From Nitrospirota bacterium (GTDB lineage Bacteria; Nitrospirota; UBA9217): 34,655 bases of DNA. A program made the position numbers and the translations under genes. The stretch spans positions 1-34,655 of the forward strand of contig CAVVUN010000010.1 in NCBI GenBank assembly GCA_963751455.1, given 5' to 3'. This document shows, in pieces, positions 9,357 through 18,922 of this stretch (its first letter is position 1; each line of letters starts with the position of its first letter). The notes under the pieces are model-generated. The model did no database searches and was not told the DNA's origin. It saw nothing but the letters and a program-made list of their open reading frames with translations.

Positions 9357-9602
9357 TCAGGATATTTTTTTCAATTGTTCTATTTCACTCGCGCAGACGG
9401 AACAGAACCAGACCGACCCTTTCCCGGATATTCCAACATACAACTTCCTGGTAATAATCTTGATCCGTTCAGGTTTCTCGTGCGGATATATCATCTTTCC
9501 GGTATCGTTTGCGTCCTCGTTGAAATAATAGTGCAACTGACAATCCGGATTTCCGCAAAACGACTCGATTTTTTTGTTGCGCCGCGCCAACTGAGTACTC
9601 AT
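9357..9602 (-). CDS. Small hypothetical protein, putative Zn-binding (CxxxxCxxH...CxxC)
   Basis: 81 aa with FCGNPDCQLH and WFCSVC; AGGGGG SD-like sequence upstream. Confidence 0.55.
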   Translation of the reverse strand: MSTQLARRNKKIESFCGNPDCQLHYYFNEDANDTGKMIYPHEKPERIKIITRKLYVGISGKGSVWFCSVCASEIEQLKKIS

Positions 9603-9632
9603 GACAAGCCCCCTGCAAAGAGAACTTCAATA

Positions 9633-9800
9633 ATCCTGAAAAAAGCAGTTGGACACGGATAAAATCTGATCAACACGGATTTATAGGAAGTTACGAACAG
9701 TAATGGATTCACCCAAAAGGCGAGATGGCTTTTTGCTCTATCACATTGTTTTGATCCGCTGTTTCCGTGTTCATCCGTGTTCAAATGCCGTTTTTAGGAT
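9633..9800. repeat. Palindromic MITE/REP-like element with ACACGGAT units
   Basis: 31-bp imperfect terminal inverted repeats with 25/31 matches: ATCCTGAAAAAAGCAGTTGGACACGGATAAA vs reverse complement ATCCTAAAAACGGCATTTGAACACGGATGAA. Confidence 0.7.
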
Positions 9801-9938
9801 AATGAAAAGAGCTTAAACTAAACTTACAATAAATAAAAGCGGGCTAAGTCTGATTTTTTTGCAGGATTATCACTGAACTTCGTGTAGGTGTTAGTCTTAC
9901 ACGCTGGAGCGTTAAAGAGGGGGGGGACGATAGGCGCT

Positions 9939-10571
9939 TTACTGTGCGAGCTTGTTCTCGAGCGCGTAACGCGTCAGTTCCGAGTTGTTCTTCATTTCCA
10001 TTTTTTCGAGCAGGCGCATACGGTAGGTGCTTACGGTCTTTATGCTGAGCGACAGCTCTTCTCCGATCTGTTTTACTGTTTTCCCTGAGGCAATCATGCA
10101 CAGCACCTGAAACTCCCGGTCTGAAAGCCTTTCATGAGGGGATGTTTCGAACTTTGCTCCCACGCGGTCCGCCAGTTTTTCCGCGAGAAAAGCGCTTACA
10201 TATTTTCCCCCTGAGTTGACTTTTCTTATCGCTGCAATTAATTCATCCGGTGCGCTGTCCTTGGTTAGATAGCCCGATGCTCCGGATTTAAGCGCACGGA
10301 CTGCATACTGCTCCTCCGGAAACATGCTCAGCATGAGAACGGCCAACGAAGGTCTTTGCCGCTTCAATTCCTTGAGAATTTCGAGACCATCTTTGCCCGG
10401 CATTGAAATGTCGAGCAGCAGCATATCATAACTATTTTTTGCAATTTTGGCCCAGATCTCCTCGCCGTTACCTGCCTCATCGGCCACCACGATGTCCGGC
10501 GTTTCGGCCAGTATCTGTTTTATCCCTTTTCTCACAACCGCATGATCGTCGGCAATCAGTAATTTAATCAT
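9939..10571 (-). CDS. NarL/UvrY-family response regulator (REC + LuxR HTH)
   Basis: IADDH, LLDISMP, GASGYLTK, LSDREFQVL..SIKTVSTYR. AGGAGG SD. Confidence 0.95.
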   Translation of the reverse strand: MIKLLIADDHAVVRKGIKQILAETPDIVVADEAGNGEEIWAKIAKNSYDMLLLDISMPGKDGLEILKELKRQRPSLAVLMLSMFPEEQYAVRALKSGASGYLTKDSAPDELIAAIRKVNSGGKYVSAFLAEKLADRVGAKFETSPHERLSDREFQVLCMIASGKTVKQIGEELSLSIKTVSTYRMRLLEKMEMKNNSELTRYALENKLAQ

Positions 10572-13500
10572 GAAGAATCTCCTCCTGTGTCAGGGGAATT
10601 CGGACAGAGATTCTCCGTTCCAGAAGTCCTGGAACCCGTGATCGTCACGCTTCCGCCCCAGAAATACACCCGTTCCCGGATGCCGATCAATCCAAGCGAC
10701 TTCCGGTCACTAATCTGCTTTTCGGTAATGCCTTTGCCGTTGTCCTTGACGCGCAGCATGAATTCGCCGGTTTCCCCTGTCAACCCTATCGCAACCTTTG
10801 TGGCCTTTGCATGCCGGGCTATATTTGTGAGCGTCTCCTGAAAGACCCGGAAGATTGTGGTCGAGCGGTCCCGGTCAAGAATAATCTCGTCCGGACGAAA
10901 GACGATGCTGCATTTGATGCCGGTCCGCTTTTCGAATTCTTCTGCCTGCCATTCCACTGCAGCGGCAAGGCCGAGGTGGTCGAGTATGCCGGGCCTGAGC
11001 TCGGTGGCGATTCTCTTTACGCTCTCCATGGTGGTCTCGATCAGGTCCGACATGGAAGCTTCTTTTTCTACCAGATCTTTCCGGTCAGGGGGTGTCTTTT
11101 TTTTCAACCATGCAAAGTCCATCTTCAACGCGGTCATGGCCTGCCCGAGTTCATCGTGGATCTCCCGCGCGATAGAGGCCCGTTCTTTTTCCCGGGCCTC
11201 CTGAAGATAACTGGAAAAACTCCGCAGCTGTTCGTTCATCATCGTCAGCTCCGCTGTGCGTTCAGCGACCAGAATCTCCAGGTCCTCATGCGACTTGCGC
11301 AAGGCCTCCTCTGCTTCCTTCTGCTCGGTGATATCCTGAATAGTGCCGGATTTGATGAGAGGTTTGCCCTCCGGGTCATAAAACACCTCGCCTATGGTGT
11401 GAACGGTTCGTACCGTTCCGTCGGGACGGATGAGGCGGTAATCCAATTCAAAAGATTTTCGTTCGTAGAGCGCAGCATTTACTGCGTTTATAAAGGATTC
11501 AGCGTCATCGGGATGCATCGCTTTTCCGACAGACTCGAACGTGGGAACGTACTCCTCGGGGTCGACGCCGTATATACGGTATACTTCCTCAGACCAATAG
11601 AGCTTGTTTGTAACAACGTCCCACTCCCAGTTCCCGACGTGGGCCGTCTTCTGGGCTTTGGACAGTCGCTCCTGGCTGGTTCGAAGGGCCTGGTCAGCCA
11701 GTTTGCGCTCGGTGATGTCACGTACTACCGCTAACATGTAATCTTTTGCCCCTAAAGTCATGTACGTGACGTTTACTTCTACAGGGAATAATGTTCTGTC
11801 TCTGCGTCTGTTCATGCCCTCCAGTATCAAGTATCCCTTGCTTTTCACTTCATGGACATGGGCGTCCCAGGAGGCCTGATCAGGGAACACTGCTTCGATG
11901 TCCATTGTTCCCAAATTAAGAAGGGTAGTTCTATCGTACCCCAGGTTGCTGCATGCCCTGTCATTTACCATCAGGAAACGGCCTGTTGCAGGGTCATTCA
12001 CGAGTATGGCATCCTTTGACTGATCGATCAGGTTCCGGAAAAGCAGTAAAGACTCCTCCGCCTCCTTCCTGGCTGTAATGTCTCTCACCATTTCTATGAC
12101 CGCAATGACTTTTCCAGACGAGTCCTTCAGAGGTGACGCGGTGATGTCGAGGTGCAGGGTACCGACGATAGACGGTGCGATTCTTTCCCCCCTGTGAACC
12201 ATCCCGTCCCGGAACGTCAATTCCACGGGGCAGTCATCGCACACAGCCTCCCTGTTCTCGAACGCTTTATAACAGACTTCGCCGGTATGGTCCCCGATCG
12301 TCTGGTTCGCCAAATGGTTCTGATAGATGATCCTGAAACCGTTATCAAGGATGACCATCTGGTCCCCGATCGCGGCAATTATCGCTTCGGATTTGGCTTG
12401 TTCCTCCTGGGCCTTGAGCACGGCTGTCTTAAGCCTCTCTTCCGCCTCCTTTCGCCCGGTTATCTCCCTGATCAGCTCAATGCCGGCAACAATATTGCCC
12501 GAGGCATCCCTGAGGGGGGATGCTGTTATTTCATAATGGAATGTTCCTGACTCAGTGGTCCTCTGTTGTTCCAGTGTATGGATTTTACCGTCCCTGAAGG
12601 ACATGGTAAGATGACATGGCTCGCACACCTGCTCTTTGTTCTGGAATGCCTTATAGCAGTATTCTCCGATATGGTGACCGTAAAAACCTATTGAGGTTTG
12701 GTTCTGATACAGGACTTTGAAATCCCTGTCCTGTATGTTGATGCCGTCGCCGATGGCTGCGATGATTGACTCGGTCCTGGCCTTTGCTTCTTTAGCTCTT
12801 GTAACTGCAGCTTTTAAGGATTCTTCGATCTGCTTTCGCTCGGATATGTCCTTGAATACCAGGACAGCGCCGGTAATCCTGCCTTCCTCCGTGATGGGCG
12901 TGCTGATGTACTCAACCGGGAAGCTCGATCCGTCCTTTCTCCAGAATACCTCATCGGTTCCCTGGTGAACGACTCCGTCCTTCAGAGAAGCGGAAATGGG
13001 ACAATCCTCCCCGGGATAAGGCGATCCGTCCAGCCGCGAATGGTGCAGAACACTGTGCTGGTGTTTTCCTATGATCTCGGAGACGTTCCATCCCGTTAGT
13101 CGTGCTGCTGCAGGATTCGCAAAGGTTATTATGCCGTCAAGATCGATTCCGCAGATGCCTTCGCCGGCCGATTTCAGGATCATCTCGTTCCGGCGGTTGA
13201 GCAGCCGGATCATCTCGTCCGCACTCCGGCGTTCGGTTACGTCGCGGCTCACTCCCACCAGTCCGAGCAAATTACCCTGGAGATCATGAATGGGGGCCTT
13301 CACGGTGTCTAAAAATCTTTTTTTACCGTCCCTGCCTGTCATGATATCGTCGACCTGGAGAGGCCGACCGCTTTTCAGCAGCGCTTCATCGCTCCTTCTG
13401 CAGCTCTCCGCCAGTTCAGGAGATATCAGTTCTTCATCGCTTTTGCCGATGACCATTTCACTGTTCGCGCCGGCGATTTTCTCAAATGCCCTGTTGACCA

Positions 13501-14410
13501 GCAGATAGCGGCCGCTGCAGTCCTTGAAGAAAACCGCATCCGGTATGGCGTGAATCAAGGCTTCCAGTTTGGCATTGATATCCTTGAGTGTTCTCTCAGC
13601 CTGCATGCGGTCTTCGATTTCGGTTACGAGACGGTTATTTGTCCTCGAAAGCTCGGCTGTGCGTACGTGCATCAGCCCTTCGAGCTGGGTCCGGGAAACC
13701 GTCGTTTTCTGAAGGTCATTGACCATCATGTTGAATGTTGCCGTCAATTGTCCGATCTCGTCCTCCGCTTTTATCGGGATCCTGTACCCCAGGTCGCCGC
13801 TCCCCACGGTTTTCGCAGCTTTAACGAATTCGGCAAAGGGCTTTGTGATTCTTACGCTGAACACGATTGCTATGATGCTGACAAACGCCGCAAAAGAGAT
13901 GATAATCCATACGATATGATTGATGATGCCGGATACGCTTTTCCCGATCGGTTCGGCGGAAATGCCGACACGGACTGTTCCCAGATCTCCTTTTAATATG
14001 GGGGCCGCTATGTCAAAAACCGACCCCGTATCCATCGTGAGATGTCGGATGCTGTACGCCTGCCCGGCTTGAATGATATTCGCTTCCTTCAGGCGGGACG
14101 GAAATGATTCCCCGAACGTATGGGCGGTTACTTCTCCTTTCGGAGTTACGACGAAGATATACTCGATGTCGCTTTCCGGTATTTTATGATCAACACAGAG
14201 CATCCGGAGCGAGAGAACATTCTCCGTCAAAATAGGATCTACAACCTCCTCCGCAAAGGCTCTGGCCAGAAAAAGGGCCCTTTTTTGGAGCTGCGTCTCG
14301 AGGATGTCCGTCAACATGGCACGTACAAGGACAATTGTTCCAAAGCCGAGAAGCAATACCAGTCCCAGCGAACCGGCAACAAATTTCGTTCTTAAGCTCG
14401 GCGCTTTCAT
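10568..14410 (-). CDS. Membrane sensor histidine kinase (2 TM + periplasmic domain, HAMP, 6 PAS, HisKA_3, HATPase_c); terminal frameshift at about 10612
   Basis: AREIHDELGQ H-box, QETLTNIARHA N-box, DNGKG, LGLIGIRER, six PAS/PAC units. Removing one base gives GTEISVRIPLTQ, matching the paralog's GTSITVRIPLTH. Confidence 0.93.
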   Translation of the reverse strand: MKAPSLRTKFVAGSLGLVLLLGFGTIVLVRAMLTDILETQLQKRALFLARAFAEEVVDPILTENVLSLRMLCVDHKIPESDIEYIFVVTPKGEVTAHTFGESFPSRLKEANIIQAGQAYSIRHLTMDTGSVFDIAAPILKGDLGTVRVGISAEPIGKSVSGIINHIVWIIISFAAFVSIIAIVFSVRITKPFAEFVKAAKTVGSGDLGYRIPIKAEDEIGQLTATFNMMVNDLQKTTVSRTQLEGLMHVRTAELSRTNNRLVTEIEDRMQAERTLKDINAKLEALIHAIPDAVFFKDCSGRYLLVNRAFEKIAGANSEMVIGKSDEELISPELAESCRRSDEALLKSGRPLQVDDIMTGRDGKKRFLDTVKAPIHDLQGNLLGLVGVSRDVTERRSADEMIRLLNRRNEMILKSAGEGICGIDLDGIITFANPAAARLTGWNVSEIIGKHQHSVLHHSRLDGSPYPGEDCPISASLKDGVVHQGTDEVFWRKDGSSFPVEYISTPITEEGRITGAVLVFKDISERKQIEESLKAAVTRAKEAKARTESIIAAIGDGINIQDRDFKVLYQNQTSIGFYGHHIGEYCYKAFQNKEQVCEPCHLTMSFRDGKIHTLEQQRTTESGTFHYEITASPLRDASGNIVAGIELIREITGRKEAEERLKTAVLKAQEEQAKSEAIIAAIGDQMVILDNGFRIIYQNHLANQTIGDHTGEVCYKAFENREAVCDDCPVELTFRDGMVHRGERIAPSIVGTLHLDITASPLKDSSGKVIAVIEMVRDITARKEAEESLLLFRNLIDQSKDAILVNDPATGRFLMVNDRACSNLGYDRTTLLNLGTMDIEAVFPDQASWDAHVHEVKSKGYLILEGMNRRRDRTLFPVEVNVTYMTLGAKDYMLAVVRDITERKLADQALRTSQERLSKAQKTAHVGNWEWDVVTNKLYWSEEVYRIYGVDPEEYVPTFESVGKAMHPDDAESFINAVNAALYERKSFELDYRLIRPDGTVRTVHTIGEVFYDPEGKPLIKSGTIQDITEQKEAEEALRKSHEDLEILVAERTAELTMMNEQLRSFSSYLQEAREKERASIAREIHDELGQAMTALKMDFAWLKKKTPPDRKDLVEKEASMSDLIETTMESVKRIATELRPGILDHLGLAAAVEWQAEEFEKRTGIKCSIVFRPDEIILDRDRSTTIFRVFQETLTNIARHAKATKVAIGLTGETGEFMLRVKDNGKGITEKQISDRKSLGLIGIRERVYFWGGSVTITGSRTSGTENLCPNSPDTGGDSS
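10590..11260. repeat. Duplicated kinase transmitter region, copy 1 (copy 2 at about 15453-16123)
   Basis: Collinear nucleotide similarity at offset 4863; HisKA_3/HATPase protein sequences are near-identical. Confidence 0.85.
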
Positions 14411-15372
14411 TAATTCCGATTACCCGTATCGCCTTTCATCCCTGCTGTCCATGCCCGCATCTCCCTGATTGAATCGTATGCAGTGTCATTAGCCGAAACA
14501 AACCGTTCTATCATCATACCTTTGAGAATTTTCCTGCCCGCTTCATCCCTGTCGATATTAAGAAATATTTTTTTCAGTTTTTCCCTGGTTTGAACGTCCA
14601 GTCCAGGGCGGACTACCACCGGAGGGATTCCGCAGGGGCGGGATTTCCGGATGATTTTCGTTCTGGATGTGTAGGTGGGGTCGGTCGCATTCAAATAATC
14701 CCAGATCAGGCTGTCGACGGCTGCCCCGTCGACCAGTCTTTCCGCGACCGCCTTGATAGACGTGTCGTGGCCGTAGGTAAAGAAGTATTTCTTAAAAAAG
14801 GTATCCGGGGTCTCTTTTTTTCGAGCGAGCATGTACGTGGGGACCAGCTTCCCTGTATTGGAATCCGGATCGGAAAAAGCGAAGGTTGTTCCACGAAGGT
14901 CATCGAATGTTTTCAGACTGCTGTCGCTTCGCACGATGATATATGAGTAATAGACTGTTTTTCCGTATGCCTGGGGCACAACCAGGAGTTCCAGGCCAAA
15001 GTCGTCGTGGCCTGCCACATACGGTCCGCTGCAGACAAAGGCAATGTCGAGCTCTCCCTTTTTCAGCAGATTGTTGATCTCCTCATATTTATTTTTTGTA
15101 ACGAATTGCACGGGCCTCCCGAGTTGCTCTCCTATAAAATCCAGGAGTCTGCGATAATATGCAAATCCTGCCCGGGGCGTGATCATCGCGCCGACAGCGA
15201 TGCGCAGGGGAGGGCCTTGGAGAGAATTTTTATCCGCCTGGAAAGCTTCTCTTCTTTCGAGGTCCACATTCGCAGTCTTGTCCGTTCGATCGCATCCGCC
15301 GGTGCACATGATAAAGGTTACAGCCAGTATCGAGTTGACTGCTGAAAATATTGTTCCGTTCCAGAATGACAT
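14410..15372 (-). CDS. Periplasmic oxyanion-binding lipoprotein, PhnD/phosphonate-binding fold, AioX/ArxX/ArrX-like
   Basis: Lipobox-like TGGC; IAFVCSGPY, FAFSDPDSNTG, FFTYGH and VDGAAVDS motifs. AAGGAG SD. Its stop overlaps the kinase start (TAATG). No ABC permease or ATPase nearby. Confidence 0.85.
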   Translation of the reverse strand: MSFWNGTIFSAVNSILAVTFIMCTGGCDRTDKTANVDLERREAFQADKNSLQGPPLRIAVGAMITPRAGFAYYRRLLDFIGEQLGRPVQFVTKNKYEEINNLLKKGELDIAFVCSGPYVAGHDDFGLELLVVPQAYGKTVYYSYIIVRSDSSLKTFDDLRGTTFAFSDPDSNTGKLVPTYMLARKKETPDTFFKKYFFTYGHDTSIKAVAERLVDGAAVDSLIWDYLNATDPTYTSRTKIIRKSRPCGIPPVVVRPGLDVQTREKLKKIFLNIDRDEAGRKILKGMMIERFVSANDTAYDSIREMRAWTAGMKGDTGNRN

Positions 15373-15445
15373 TTTTCACTCCTTTGCTGTTTCTGCCATG
15401 AATCCGGTCTCACGTGGAGGCTTTGTTGCGTCAAGGTCCTGGTTT

Positions 15446-18400
15446 TTAATGAGTGAGCGGAATCCGGACAGTTATTGAGGTTCCGGATTGCCGGGAACTT
15501 TTAATGGCAACCTTGCCGCCCCAGGCATGAACACGTTCCCGGATTCCGATCAGTCCAAGGGAGGTCGGGTCGCTAATTTGCTTTTCGGTAATGCCTTTGC
15601 CGTTGTCCTTCACCCGCAGCATGAACTCGTCAGGTCCCCGTGTCAACCCTATAGTGATCTTTGTGGCCTTCGCATGCCGGGCGATGTTCGTGAGCGTCTC
15701 CTGGAAGACACGGAAAACCGCCGTCGAACGATCGCGGTCGAGAACGATCTCTTCCGGACGAAAAACGATATTGCACTTGATGCCGGTCCTCCTTTCGAAC
15801 TCTTCAGCCTGCCATTCCACAGCCGAGGCAAGACCGAGGTGATCGAGCATGCCCGGCCTCAGTTCGGTGGCAATTCTTTTTACGCTTTCCATGGTGGTTT
15901 CGATCAGCTCCGACATGGAAGCTTCTTTTTCGACCAGATCTTTCCGGTCGGGAGGGATCTTTTTCTTCAACCAGGCAAAATCCATCTTCAAAGCGGTCAT
16001 GGCCTGCCCGAGCTCGTCGTGGATCTCCCGCGCGATAGCGGCCCGTTCTTTTTCCCGCGCCTGTTGCAGGTAGCTGGAAAAGTTTCGCAACTGTTCATTC
16101 ATCATCGTCAACTCGGCGGTCCGCTCAGTTACCTGTTTTTCCAGCTCATCACGGGATTTGCGAATTGCTTCCTCCGCCTGTTTACGCGAAGTAATGTCCC
16201 TGACCATCTCGATAACCGCAACTACCTTTCCGGCGGCGTCCCGCAGGGGAGACGCGGTGATATCGAGGTGCATGATTCCTATGTTCGTGGACGCGATCCT
16301 TTCTCCGCGGTGGACCAGACCGTCTTGGAACGACATTTCGACCGGGCAGTTTTCACAGACCGTGTCCCGTCCTTCGAACGCTTTATAACAGCATTTGCCG
16401 ACGAGGTCTCCTATCATTTTCCGGTCTACCTCGTTTTGATAGATGATTCTGAATTCAGGGTCGAGTATGACGAGATTGTCGCCAATGGCGGCAATGACTG
16501 CTTCGGATTTTGCCTTTTCTTCTCCGGCACTGATAACGGCAGCCTTGAGAGTTTTTTCAGCCTGTTTATGATCGGTGATATCCTTGAATACAACGACGGC
16601 GCCGACCACAGTGCCGTTCTCGCGCATCGGAGTACTCACGTACTCTATCGGGAAAGAAGTGCCGTCCTTTCTCCAGAAGACTTCGTCTTTGACCTGATGG
16701 ACGGCCCCGCTCATCAATGCCTTATGGAAAGCGCACTCCTCGCGCGGGTAGGAAGACCCATCCGGCCTTGTATGGTGAAATGTCTCATGAGACCGTCTCC
16801 CGATAAGCTCCGCAACGGTCCAACCGACCATTTTTGCCGCAGCCGGATTAATGAAAGTTATGTTGCCGTCCCGATCCAGACCGTAGATGCCTTCGCCGGC
16901 GGAATTCAGGATGAGTTCATTTTGACTGCCTAGCCGCTTGAACTCCTCTTCCATCCGCTTACGCCTCGTGATATCTTCAAATATCGCGTAAAGCGCGACG
17001 GGCCGGCCGTCGGAGTCAAAGATCGCAGCCGAGGAGGCATTGACATAAATCAAAGAGCCGTCCTTTTTCTGCCGCAGCAATTCCCTGGAGAGATACGGAC
17101 TGCCTTGCCGGACACCTTCACGTAACCTGTTGTACTCTTGCCGTTTGTCCGCCGGAACGATAGGGTTTTCACGGCCAAGCACCTCTTCTTCCGGCCAGCC
17201 GAAAAGCCGCTCCGCCGCGGGGTTCCAGACCGTAACCCTGCCGTCCAAACCGGTGTTGATGATAGCCAGCGGTGAATAACGAATCAGGGAACTCAGGGTT
17301 TGATTCGTCTTATGCAGCATCTCCTCCGCCCGTTTCCGCTCGGTAATGTCCCGGAAGATCCCTATTAAATAGCGTTCTCCGTCCAAGGTTATGAGATTGG
17401 CCCCGATATCGGCATAAAATATGCGTCCATCTTTTCTCAATACGGGGATGGTCTCAGCCGCCTTCTCTCCTCTAATACGTTTAGCGAAGTCCTCGCGGAC
17501 AAGGGGCAGGTCTTCCCGAGGGTGGATATCATCGACGCTCAGATTGGTGATTTCTTCCCTGGTATACCCGAGCATGTCGCACATCATCTTGTTGGCCTCG
17601 AAGAATTTCCTTGTCGCGGCGCTGGCGATCAGTATCCCGTCCTTTGCTTTGTCAAAGATGCTCCTGAACTTTTCCTCCGATTCGCTCAGCGCGTTTTCCG
17701 CCCTCCTCCGTTCCGTGATGTCCTGCCACATCCCGAGGCAATAGATGGGCTTGCCGTTTTCGTCACGAATAGCCGAAGGGCTTACGACAGCGTTTATTAT
17801 GTGGCCATCACCGCGTATGTATCGCTTCTCGATTGAAAGATAATCCGTTTCGCCACTGATCAGTTTCCCGAGCGCATCCAGCCCCTTCATTATATCGTCC
17901 TGATGGGAAATATCCGAAAAGGTCTTTGACAGGAGTTCTTTTTCCGGATAACTGAGCATATCGCACAGTCTTTTGTTCACCTTCACGAACCGCCCGGAAA
18001 AGTCGACTATCGAAGCGCCAACGCTTGCATTTTCGAATGCGCCGCGAAAGCGTTCTTCGCTCTCCCGTATCTCTTCCTCCTGATGTTTTCGAGCCGTGAT
18101 ATCTCTGCTGACCGCGACCAGTCCGACAATTTTCCGATTATCGTCGAAAATCGGCGCTTTGATCGTGTCCAAATATCTCGTTTCTCCGCCCATGCCGGGA
18201 ATCTGCTCTTCGAAATGAACGCTGGTCGTGCTTCTCAGTGCTTCGTGGTCGCTCTTCCTGCAAAATTCGGCCGCTTCCGGAGGCAGCAGGGCTTCGATGG
18301 TTTTGCCCAGGAAATCCTCTTTCTTATGGCCTGTGATATTCTCAACGACCCGGTTCACGAGAAGATGTTTCCCCTCAACGTCCTTGAAGACCACCATATC

Positions 18401-18763
18401 AGGCATGGATTGTATAAGGGCATGCAGTTTTGCATTCGTCTCTTCAAGCGCTGCCTCGGTTCGAGTACGTTCTTCGAGTTCGCCTTTATGTGCGGAAATC
18501 AATCTGACAATGTAAGCGAACCCGAGCAGCAGGATGCATGATACTACCAATGCCGTAATCTCGGCCGGCAGATCAGTCTTTACCGTGTCGCCTGCGACCT
18601 CCCTGTAGAAAGAAATGAAACGACGGAAGGTCATCAACAGCGTCAGGAGGAGCATGAAAGCCCCGGTTGCCCTCTTGCCTGAGAAAATCAGCCGCAGGGC
18701 AACGAGCGCCGATAAGATTTGAAGAGTGAGAGAAAGGCTTATAATGAGCAGGGATACGGTCAT
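15446..18763 (-). CDS. Sensor histidine kinase (3 N-terminal TM, 6 PAS, HisKA_3, HATPase_c)
   Basis: AREIHDELGQ, QETLTNIARHA, DNGKG; six PAS/PAC units each ending in DIT..K/R. Confidence 0.93.
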   Translation of the reverse strand: MTVSLLIISLSLTLQILSALVALRLIFSGKRATGAFMLLLTLLMTFRRFISFYREVAGDTVKTDLPAEITALVVSCILLLGFAYIVRLISAHKGELEERTRTEAALEETNAKLHALIQSMPDMVVFKDVEGKHLLVNRVVENITGHKKEDFLGKTIEALLPPEAAEFCRKSDHEALRSTTSVHFEEQIPGMGGETRYLDTIKAPIFDDNRKIVGLVAVSRDITARKHQEEEIRESEERFRGAFENASVGASIVDFSGRFVKVNKRLCDMLSYPEKELLSKTFSDISHQDDIMKGLDALGKLISGETDYLSIEKRYIRGDGHIINAVVSPSAIRDENGKPIYCLGMWQDITERRRAENALSESEEKFRSIFDKAKDGILIASAATRKFFEANKMMCDMLGYTREEITNLSVDDIHPREDLPLVREDFAKRIRGEKAAETIPVLRKDGRIFYADIGANLITLDGERYLIGIFRDITERKRAEEMLHKTNQTLSSLIRYSPLAIINTGLDGRVTVWNPAAERLFGWPEEEVLGRENPIVPADKRQEYNRLREGVRQGSPYLSRELLRQKKDGSLIYVNASSAAIFDSDGRPVALYAIFEDITRRKRMEEEFKRLGSQNELILNSAGEGIYGLDRDGNITFINPAAAKMVGWTVAELIGRRSHETFHHTRPDGSSYPREECAFHKALMSGAVHQVKDEVFWRKDGTSFPIEYVSTPMRENGTVVGAVVVFKDITDHKQAEKTLKAAVISAGEEKAKSEAVIAAIGDNLVILDPEFRIIYQNEVDRKMIGDLVGKCCYKAFEGRDTVCENCPVEMSFQDGLVHRGERIASTNIGIMHLDITASPLRDAAGKVVAVIEMVRDITSRKQAEEAIRKSRDELEKQVTERTAELTMMNEQLRNFSSYLQQAREKERAAIAREIHDELGQAMTALKMDFAWLKKKIPPDRKDLVEKEASMSELIETTMESVKRIATELRPGMLDHLGLASAVEWQAEEFERRTGIKCNIVFRPEEIVLDRDRSTAVFRVFQETLTNIARHAKATKITIGLTRGPDEFMLRVKDNGKGITEKQISDPTSLGLIGIRERVHAWGGKVAIKSSRQSGTSITVRIPLTH

Positions 18764-18922
18764 AGAATTACGATAATCGATAATATGGAAGCTCGATGAA
18801 ACTACGTAGAAAGTATAACTAAATCGGCGGGAGAGATAAAGGATAAAAAGAAGGTTTCGTGATGCAGAATATGCAATTTAGTGAAATATCAGGCGGCGCA
18901 GTATTAGCTTGTAAAAGCGGAT

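Noticed and set aside
14410-15372. Phosphonate ABC transporter (phnD)
   Set aside because: No phnC/phnE nearby; it is coupled to a kinase and has an AioX-like Cys motif.
15488-16933. 481-aa + strand ORF, and similar long ORFs at 10811-11734 and 3082-3948
   Set aside because: Antisense shadows of well-supported kinase and sigma genes, with no recognisable motifs.
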